From the IMG/VR virus record IMGVR_UViG_3300033434_000010, positions 1-41,365 of that record: a DNA stretch of 41,365 bases. One strand, written 5' to 3'. The notes under the pieces were generated by a model, which saw only the letters and a list, made by a program, of their open reading frames with translations, made no database searches and had not been told where the DNA came from. Source of the DNA: a virus (taxonomy: Duplodnaviria > Caudoviricetes). The translations under genes were made by a program, and so were the position numbers. This document shows positions 35,016 to 41,365 of this stretch, piece after piece; the first letter of the stretch is position 1; each line of letters opens with the position of its first letter.

Positions 35016-35207
35016 ATGGAAACTAACGAAGTACGTAACGAACTCCTCAAGACCTCTCCAGTAGTTGCTACAAATACTATAACCTACTTTGGAGCCCCCT
35101 TAAGTGACTGGATGTATGGGGTCTCTATTATTTATGTAATAATGCAAATTACTTGGTTGGGTGTTAAGATGTGGAATCACTTTCAACGGAGAAAGGAGGG
35201 AGGCTAA
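35016..35207 (+). CDS. Holin (gp17.5-like)
   Basis: 63 aa, hydrophobic helix, basic tail, follows the tail fibre. Confidence 0.8.
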   Translation: METNEVRNELLKTSPVVATNTITYFGAPLSDWMYGVSIIYVIMQITWLGVKMWNHFQRRKEGG

Positions 35208-35440
35208 TGGCGTTCCTCAAGAAAGCTATAAGAGACCTAACAGCCACTCTTTATGATGACCAGGAGTATAAGGTCATATCATTACCTAGAGTGGTTTTTG
35301 CTATTTCAGTGGGTTGTGTTATTGTTGCTTGGATTACAGATCAATTCTTAGGATTTAAATATAGTAACATGAGTCAACTCACTCAATGGTCGATGGCTAA
35401 TGCTGCTGCTTATGCTGCTAAGAAATATTGTGAAAAATAA
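35207..35440 (+). CDS. Small membrane protein (second holin/antiholin candidate)
   Basis: TAATG coupling with the holin, GGAGG SD, one clear and one possible TM helix. Confidence 0.65.
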   Translation: MAFLKKAIRDLTATLYDDQEYKVISLPRVVFAISVGCVIVAWITDQFLGFKYSNMSQLTQWSMANAAAYAAKKYCEK

Positions 35441-35458
35441 GAGGAGGTCCTAAAACAT

Positions 35459-36055
35459 ATGAGTAATGAAGAACTAGCTAATAAGATAGCTCAAGGTATC
35501 GTTGAGTCTGGTGTTGAGGGAGGTACTGATAATGTTTGCTGCTCAACTGCAGGAGACTATCCGTGTATGGGTGTGAGTTCCTGGGAGGGCATTGGTGGTA
35601 GAGGAGACAACCTACTCAGCTATCTGGATGGTGGTCAGAAGTTCATAGGAAGATCATACACAGATATTGTAGAGAGTGATGAGAAGGAAGAACTCGCCAC
35701 TCTTTTAGATTCTCCTCAAGGACAGGCGGCACAGCGAATGATTCTCGCAGGGGATTGCTTAGAGAAATATGTACCAGCCCTTGAAGAGGTTCCTGAGCTA
35801 ACTAATATTCAGTGTATTGTCTATGCTGGTATGTGGTGTCCTACAAGTCACTATGTAGTCAAGCGGTTCCTAACAAGGAGATCACAGATGCAGGATGACA
35901 ATGGTAATCAGATGTATAACCTTAACAACCTAGAGACCCTCCGAGACCTCTTTAGGGAGCAGTATGCTATCGCTGCAGATATTCCTGAGAATTGTTATGA
36001 GGGCTACGCTAATCGCGCTGATGTTACCTATGAGTGGGTAGTCAATAACGTCTAA
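35459..36055 (+). CDS. Hypothetical protein, candidate endolysin
   Basis: Acidic 198-aa protein in the lysis block; N-terminal E.G...D...+G+.SW arrangement reminiscent of lysozyme-like folds. Function inferred from position. Confidence 0.5.
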   Translation: MSNEELANKIAQGIVESGVEGGTDNVCCSTAGDYPCMGVSSWEGIGGRGDNLLSYLDGGQKFIGRSYTDIVESDEKEELATLLDSPQGQAAQRMILAGDCLEKYVPALEEVPELTNIQCIVYAGMWCPTSHYVVKRFLTRRSQMQDDNGNQMYNLNNLETLRDLFREQYAIAADIPENCYEGYANRADVTYEWVVNNV

Positions 36056-36104
36056 GGTTTATTTTTTTTTGTCTAAATTTAAGTTGGAGAAGTAGGTAGA
36101 CAAC

Positions 36105-36329
36105 TTGGTAAGAATCAAACAGGAACTACTTGACAAACTTGCAGAGATGGAAGTAGACGCTCTTCTGGAGGGTCTTGAGGATGAGGAACTAAAGCGTAAC
36201 CCTGCGTTTCTTGAGAAGGTTCGCAAGTTCCTCTCTCAGAATAAACTGGATACTCAACCTGAGACTCCAGGTATTCCTAGGTTAATACGCAAGGTCGAAG
36301 AGATACCAGACTTTGACAAGATTCAGTAG
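36105..36329 (+). CDS. Terminase small subunit (gp18)
   Basis: L..L.D.E.R.P.......KFL..N pattern; synteny. Confidence 0.8.
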   Translation: MVRIKQELLDKLAEMEVDALLEGLEDEELKRNPAFLEKVRKFLSQNKLDTQPETPGIPRLIRKVEEIPDFDKIQ

Positions 36330-36343
36330 AAAGGAGACTAAAG

Positions 36344-36550
36344 ATGTCTAACCCAGTAATTGAGAATAACTTTATGTATCACACACTTAAGGAAGGACAG
36401 CTCAATAAGTATGAACAAATTAGAAGTATAGCTAAAAAGCTGACTTATGAGATTGATGATACCTGTCCTGCCTCACGAGAGAAAGCCTTAGCTATGACTA
36501 AACTTGAAGAAGCTGTAATGTGGGCGAATGCTTCAATAGCCCGAAACTAG
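36344..36550 (+). CDS. Acb2/Tad1-like helical hairpin protein (candidate signal-molecule sponge)
   Basis: SREKALAMTKLEEAVMWAN motif. Confidence 0.65.
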   Translation: MSNPVIENNFMYHTLKEGQLNKYEQIRSIAKKLTYEIDDTCPASREKALAMTKLEEAVMWANASIARN

Positions 36551-36570
36551 CGGAGAATTGAGGTACTTAA

Positions 36571-38319
36571 TTGTACCCTTGGAGTAATGAACAAATAGAA
36601 AGAGCCAAAGATGACTTCAGGGTGTTTCTGTGGGTAGTGTGGAGGGCTATAAGCCTTCCTAACCCTACAGAGATACAAATAGCAATGGCATATGATGTAG
36701 CTAACCCTCCCTCAGATCGTATGATTCTTGAAGGGTTTCGAGGAGTAGCTAAGTCCTTTATAACGTGTGCCTATTGTGTCTGGGAGCTTTGGCGTAACCC
36801 TATATTAAAAATTGAGGTAGTCTCTGCTAATAAAGAGAAGGCAGACCTCAATGCAGCCTTTATCAAAAAGATCATTAATATTATGCCTTTCCTGGAGTGC
36901 CTTAAGTTAACCGCTGACGATAGAGTAGCAGGGATGAGAGACACCAATAATCTCTTTGATGTCCATGGAGCAAAACCTGATATTAGTCCTTCAGTTAAGT
37001 CTGTAGGTATCACAGGACAGCTCACCGGGAGCCGTGCAGACATCCTAGTATCTGATGACGTGGAAGTACCGAGTAACTCTGCTACACAACTTCAGAGGGA
37101 CCGCCTTGGGGAACTCGTTAAAGAGTATGATGCTATCCTAAAGCCTGGAGGCCGTATCATCTACTTAGGGACTCCTCAATGTGAGGCCAGTTTGTATGTA
37201 GAGCTTGGCAATCGTGGTTATGAAACTATCATCTACCCTGTAGAGTATCCTAGTAGTGCTGATGAGAGGGCCTTCTACGGGAGTCGCTTAGGTAAGCTTC
37301 TAGCAGACCGCTATGATGTTGAACCTGAGAAGTGGGCAGGCAAGCCTACAGACCCTGCACGTTTCAATGAGGAAGAGATCGAAAAGAGAAAGCTCTCCTA
37401 TGGTCGGGCCGGGTTTGCTCTTCAGTTTATGCTTAACACTAACCTTAGTGATGCTGATAAATTTCCTCTTAAGGTGGCAGACCTCATTGTAGCTGCTCTT
37501 GATCGAGAAGAGACGAGTATTAAGTGGGCTTGGGCTAGTGGTCAACAGCAGAGGATTGCAGACATACCCTGTACTGCCCTTAAAGGTGACTTCTTCTACA
37601 TGCCTTTTGAGAGGTCCAAGGAGTGCCTGAAGTATAAGGGTACTATGATGTTTATAGACCCAAGCGGAAGAGGTTCTGATGAGACAGCCTATGCTATTAC
37701 ACGCTTCTTAAATGGTTATATATTTTTGGTAGAAGTTGGAGGTTATCGAGACGGTTATTCTGATGAAACCCTTAAGGCACTAGCAAACAAGGCTAAGTTC
37801 TGGGGAGTCAATAGTGTACGTATTGAGCCTAACTTTGGTGATGGTATGTTTACTAAGCTAATAACTCCTGTATTCATTGAAATCCACCCTTGTGATGTCC
37901 AAGAGTCCAAGTCAGCTAAAGGCCAGAAGGAAGCCCGTATCATCGATATCTTAGAGCCTGTCCTCAGTAGACATAAATTAATTGTAGAACCCTCAGTCCT
38001 TCAGGCTGATTTTGAGGTCTATATGAAAGACTTCAAGTATTCCCTTATCTACCAGATGACACGCTTATGCAAAGATAAAGGAGCCCTAGCTCATGATGAC
38101 CGGATAGAAGCAGTAGCTAATGCTGTATTGTTCTGGCTTGAGTCTATGGCTATGGATGCTGACATGGGTGCTGAAGAACTACTTGAGGAAGAACTGGAGA
38201 AGTGGCTAGACCCTGATAGAGGTGTCTTGTATATTGAAGAACCTATCAAGACCCTGAAGAAAGGTTCACTGGGAATGGACACTATATTAGCTAATATCCT
38301 TGATACATTCTGGAAGTAA
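36571..38319 (+). CDS. Terminase large subunit (gp19)
   Basis: FRGVAKS, SVGITGQLTGSRAD, DDVE, LGTPQ, IDPSGRG.DET, HDDR motifs. Confidence 0.98.
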   Translation: MYPWSNEQIERAKDDFRVFLWVVWRAISLPNPTEIQIAMAYDVANPPSDRMILEGFRGVAKSFITCAYCVWELWRNPILKIEVVSANKEKADLNAAFIKKIINIMPFLECLKLTADDRVAGMRDTNNLFDVHGAKPDISPSVKSVGITGQLTGSRADILVSDDVEVPSNSATQLQRDRLGELVKEYDAILKPGGRIIYLGTPQCEASLYVELGNRGYETIIYPVEYPSSADERAFYGSRLGKLLADRYDVEPEKWAGKPTDPARFNEEEIEKRKLSYGRAGFALQFMLNTNLSDADKFPLKVADLIVAALDREETSIKWAWASGQQQRIADIPCTALKGDFFYMPFERSKECLKYKGTMMFIDPSGRGSDETAYAITRFLNGYIFLVEVGGYRDGYSDETLKALANKAKFWGVNSVRIEPNFGDGMFTKLITPVFIEIHPCDVQESKSAKGQKEARIIDILEPVLSRHKLIVEPSVLQADFEVYMKDFKYSLIYQMTRLCKDKGALAHDDRIEAVANAVLFWLESMAMDADMGAEELLEEELEKWLDPDRGVLYIEEPIKTLKKGSLGMDTILANILDTFWK

Positions 38320-38321
38320 TC

Positions 38322-38367
38322 TAATTGGCACACATATATACAAAGTCCTAATTGGCACACATATTGA
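38322..38367 (+). promoter_or_regulatory. Tandem phage RNAP promoters 5 (38322-38340, degenerate at start site) and 6 (38349-38367, consensus); phiOR-like
   Basis: CTAATTGGCACACATAT repeated at 27-bp spacing right after the terminase gene. Confidence 0.8.
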
Positions 38368-38430
38368 CCTAAAGGAAAACTAAAGTACTACTCTTAAGGT
38401 ATCCTTCAAGTACTCTTCAGGTGGATTCAC

Positions 38431-38525
38431 TAGGAGGGGACTAGTGGTAGCCTTGAAGGTTTCTTGATGGGTTCTTCAGGTTCCCTTCAAGGCTCCTTAA
38501 GGCTACCACTACTGCTATCCTCCTA
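38431..38525 (+). repeat. Long imperfect palindrome downstream of the phiOR-like promoters
   Basis: TAGTGGTAGCCTT (38442-38454) / AAGGCTACCACTA (38499-38511), with outer TAGGAGG/CCTCCTA arms. Confidence 0.75.
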
Positions 38526-38569
38526 CCACTACCTTCTTAAATAATAAATAGTAAAGGAAGTTACAGATA

Positions 38570-39127
38570 ATGAATATATCTAAAAGTCTAATCATTAAGG
38601 TATCCCTAGGGCTAATCATTAGTATCCTCCTAGGCTCCTGGATATACCTTAGAGTCCTAAAGGAGAATGATTCTCCATTACCTCAGGAGACCTCAAAGAC
38701 CCTTCAGGACACCTCACTGGTCCCTCAGGTATACCCACTAACCACAACTGTTACTGCTACCACTAAGACCACTCCTACAGACCCTGATGTGGTCCTAAAG
38801 CAGACCTACACGGCTGAGGTTAATGGTAAGACAGTTACAGTTCCTATTAAGGAGGTCCCTGGAGTGTCAAGTAAGAATGGTTCTCCACAAGGAGTCATTA
38901 CACAACAAATAGATGTTACTCCAGTAATCCAGCAGGCTCTTAAGGCTTCCCAAAAGAATTGGGAGGTCTCAACTGGCTTAGGTGTCCATGAAGGTGACTT
39001 TTACATCCCTGTGGGTCTTCAAAGGAACCTTTCCCACAACCAAGCTATTGCTATTGAAATCCATTTAGACCCTCAAGATAAACTCAATGTAACTGGTGGG
39101 GAGGTTAAGAAAGTATGGAAGTTTTAG
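38570..39127 (+). CDS. Membrane-anchored protein with beta-rich C-terminus ending WKF
   Basis: N-terminal TM helix, Thr/Pro-rich linker, amphipathic beta strands. Confidence 0.75.
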   Translation: MNISKSLIIKVSLGLIISILLGSWIYLRVLKENDSPLPQETSKTLQDTSLVPQVYPLTTTVTATTKTTPTDPDVVLKQTYTAEVNGKTVTVPIKEVPGVSSKNGSPQGVITQQIDVTPVIQQALKASQKNWEVSTGLGVHEGDFYIPVGLQRNLSHNQAIAIEIHLDPQDKLNVTGGEVKKVWKF

Positions 39128-39177
39128 GCGTGATGTGTCTTACAATTATTAGTTAACGGGAGCCTGAGGTGGTCCTC

Positions 39178-39321
39178 TTGCTAATCTACCTTCTGTCTAT
39201 CATGGTACACCTGGAGGATTGCCTCACAGCTCTATTGATTTTCCGGTGTCACCTTCTACCTGGAGACCTCTTCGGGCTGAGGGTATACATCAAGACAATA
39301 AAATATTTCCTTCCTAATTAA
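39178..39321 (+). CDS. Possible small hydrophobic protein (47 aa)
   Basis: GAGGTGG SD before TTG; followed by a hairpin at 39323-39347. Confidence 0.3.
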   Translation: MLIYLLSIMVHLEDCLTALLIFRCHLLPGDLFGLRVYIKTIKYFLPN

Positions 39322-39393
39322 TGGCCTCATATAGTTGTGAGGTCTTTCAGTTTGTCCCTAAGCATATATAAATAGCAAAGAGGTGGTTCAGTT

Positions 39394-39522
39394 ATGCTGA
39401 AAGTCCCACAGGTAATAGCCCATTACAATGAAGATGGAAAGACGTACCAGGAGAGCCTTAAAGAGCTCCTTAAGCTCATCATCATCAAGGATATCAGCAA
39501 AGAAGTATCTGTAGCTGATTAA
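39394..39522 (+). CDS. Small protein (42 aa) upstream of the integrase; candidate recombination directionality factor
   Basis: GAGGTGG SD; MLKVPQVIAHYNEDGKTYQESLKELLKLIIIKDISKEVSVAD. Function inferred from position only. Confidence 0.55.
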   Translation: MLKVPQVIAHYNEDGKTYQESLKELLKLIIIKDISKEVSVAD

Positions 39523-39528
39523 CATTTG

Positions 39529-39557
39529 TTTACAACTGCCTACTACTAGACTACAAT
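39529..39557 (+). promoter_or_regulatory. Sigma-A promoter for the integrase (TTTACA-17-TACAAT)
   Basis: 5/6 and 5/6 consensus matches with 17-bp spacer, ~60 bp upstream of ATG 39618. Confidence 0.7.
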
Positions 39558-39617
39558 AAGATTAGCGGTAGGTGGTTGTCTTTCAAATTAATCAAAGAGA
39601 GCAGAAGGAGGATAAGC

Positions 39618-41213
39618 ATGTTTGCTCTATTGAAAGATAACAACCAACAAAAATCTTCCATTGTATATAATGTAGGTCTTTACTTAAGATTATCACGTGA
39701 AGATGGGGACTCATCAGAGTCTACGAGTATAACTAATCAGAGGGACTTTCTCACAAGGTATGTATTAGAGCAAGGATGGAACCTTGTAGATGTCTTTATT
39801 GATGATGGCTTTTCTGGCACTAACTTTAATCGTCCGGACTTCCAAAGACTCCTTAAGGCTGTTGAGAGTCGGCAGATTAACCTTGTAATAACTAAAGACC
39901 TCTCCAGACTTGGGCGGGATTATATTGACACAGGTTATTATGTCGAAAAGTATTTCCCTAGCCAAAATATTAGGTATATTGCCTTAAATGATGGTGTAGA
40001 CACATTTGACACTAACAACAGCAATAATGATATGAGCCCTTTTAAGTCCGTAATGAATGACTTCTACGCTAGGGATATCTCAAAGAAAGTCAGAACAACC
40101 ATGAATATCAAGCGGAAGAATGGTCAGTTTATTGGTTCCTTTGCTCCTTATGGCTACCTCAAGTCCCCACTGGATAAGAACAAGCTTATAGTAGACCCTC
40201 AAGCTGCTCCAGTAGTAAAAAGGATATTTGAGATGTACCTAGATGGTGCTGGCTACAGACACATATCTCACACTCTAAACAGTGAAAAAGTGGCATGTCC
40301 GAGTGTCCATAAGGCAGCTCAGTATGATAAGTATAGAAATGCTAAGGCTACCTCAGGATTATGGACATCAGAGGCCATTAAAGTAATTCTCCTTAATCCT
40401 ACTTATGCAGGTAACTTGGCACAACACAAATATACTATGGTTAGCTATAAGGTAAAGAAGCTTAAGGCAACTTCTAGGGACTCCTGGCTTATAGTGTATG
40501 GAACCCATGAGCCTATAGTCGACCCAAGTACCTTTGAGGTAGCTCAACAGATTATGACAGCAAAGGCTCCTATGCTTAAGGTAGGTACAAGGAAAGTCCA
40601 TCTCCTGGGTGGTCTGTTGTATTGTAAAGACTGTGGAGCACGAATGACCTTTACTAAGACACAAAAGGGGATATGGTATTGTATCTGCTCCAGTAACAAA
40701 AACTTCAAAAGGTGCTCAAGACACTCATATATTGAGGCAGAACTTGAAGACTACATTGTAGATGACCTCAGGAGAATCGCTAAGGCTGCTGTGGTAGATC
40801 GGAGTGAACTTATCCAGATAGCCCAAGAGGAAACTGGAGAAAAGGTCAAGACAACAGCGACTAGGATATCCAAGGAAATCTCCACAATAGAGAAGCGGCT
40901 GGATGAGATAAAGAGGATAATCAAGGCACTCTATGAGGATAAATTAAAAGGGATTCTCACAGAGCAGGACTTCATAGACCTCTCAAGGGAGTATAGTAGC
41001 GAAAGGGAGTCCTTGTCTTCTAGGTTGTCTAAACTCTCAGGAAGCCCCCAGATAGAACAGGATGCTTCAAATGAAGACTTCATGCACTATGTATTAGACC
41101 TCCTTGAAGTTAATAAGTTAACGCGAGTACTAATAAGTAAGTTGATAAGCCGTGTAGAAATAACCGAGGATAAAACCATAGAAATCTATTATAATTTTAA
41201 GAACCCTCTTTGA
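39618..41213 (+). CDS. Large serine recombinase (integrase)
   Basis: YLRLS catalytic Ser, [27 protein letters not shown], Zn ribbon CKDCG...C...C, coiled coil. AAGGAGG SD favours ATG 39618. Confidence 0.97.
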   Translation: MFALLKDNNQQKSSIVYNVGLYLRLSREDGDSSESTSITNQRDFLTRYVLEQGWNLVDVFIDDGFSGTNFNRPDFQRLLKAVESRQINLVITKDLSRLGRDYIDTGYYVEKYFPSQNIRYIALNDGVDTFDTNNSNNDMSPFKSVMNDFYARDISKKVRTTMNIKRKNGQFIGSFAPYGYLKSPLDKNKLIVDPQAAPVVKRIFEMYLDGAGYRHISHTLNSEKVACPSVHKAAQYDKYRNAKATSGLWTSEAIKVILLNPTYAGNLAQHKYTMVSYKVKKLKATSRDSWLIVYGTHEPIVDPSTFEVAQQIMTAKAPMLKVGTRKVHLLGGLLYCKDCGARMTFTKTQKGIWYCICSSNKNFKRCSRHSYIEAELEDYIVDDLRRIAKAAVVDRSELIQIAQEETGEKVKTTATRISKEISTIEKRLDEIKRIIKALYEDKLKGILTEQDFIDLSREYSSERESLSSRLSKLSGSPQIEQDASNEDFMHYVLDLLEVNKLTRVLISKLISRVEITEDKTIEIYYNFKNPL

Positions 41214-41220
41214 TATTCCT

Positions 41221-41270
41221 TGTAGTCTCCCATCAGGTGTAGGGTGGGGAACTTACGGTATACATGGGAC
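41221..41270 (+). other. Right attachment junction (phage half + host half); core TGGG 41245-41248
   Basis: TGTAGTCT arm starts 8 bp after the integrase stop; the host frame resumes at TGG GGA ACT TAC. Confidence 0.85.
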
Positions 41271-41365
41271 AAATAAACCATGGTCGATAGGTCAATTTGC
41301 TAGTCATGGTTGTATCAGGCTGCGTAATAAAGATGTTGAAGAATTGTTTGAATGGATTCCAATTG
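41245..41365 (+). pseudogene. Host L,D-transpeptidase, downstream catalytic part
   Basis: [40 protein letters not shown] contains the YkuD H...SHGC catalytic motif. Confidence 0.92.

Larger units (their letters stand above)
124..41248 (+). mobile_element. Integrated T7-like (Autographiviridae-type) prophage with large serine integrase
   Basis: Full T7-like gene set, terminal serine recombinase, 4-bp direct core TGGG at both ends, and flanks that are two halves of one host gene. Confidence 0.95.

Noticed and set aside
4564-40664. Minus-strand ORFs antisense to core genes (e.g. 5969-6331, 14836-15288, 20225-20767, 21592-22020, 22638-23060)
   Set aside because: Shadow ORFs opposite well-conserved genes, without SD sites or recognisable motifs.

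Overview
The window holds an apparently complete ~41.1 kb T7-like (Autographiviridae-type) prophage (~124-41248). It carries the T7 core in nearly canonical order: single-subunit RNA polymerase, SSB, endonuclease I, gp3.5-like, primase-helicase, family A DNA polymerase, ligase, gp5.7, exonuclease, portal, scaffold, capsid, tail tubes, internal virion proteins, tail fibre, holin and terminases. It also has a temperate module: a large serine recombinase at the right end, and a leftward HTH repressor with back-to-back sigma-A-type promoters and phased operator-like repeats at the left end. The phage is inserted inside a host YkuD-family L,D-transpeptidase gene, and joining the flanks at the shared TGGG core restores the frame (...GLNVPW|[25 protein letters not shown]...). 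Strong AGGAGG SD sites, many TTG starts and the recombinase type suggest a Bacillota host, possibly a diderm Negativicute (inference). Notable non-coding signals: two type II hammerhead ribozymes at gene boundaries of the early operon, six copies of a phage-RNAP promoter (TAATTGGCACACATATTGA), a reconstructable attP inverted repeat, and a T7-like terminal-repeat/concatemer-junction signature. Accessory genes include ArdA (interrupted), Tad2-like and Acb2/Tad1-like anti-defence proteins, an FkbM methyltransferase, and apparently catalytically dead T7-lysozyme and dUTPase homologues. All family calls come from motif recognition by eye, not database searches.
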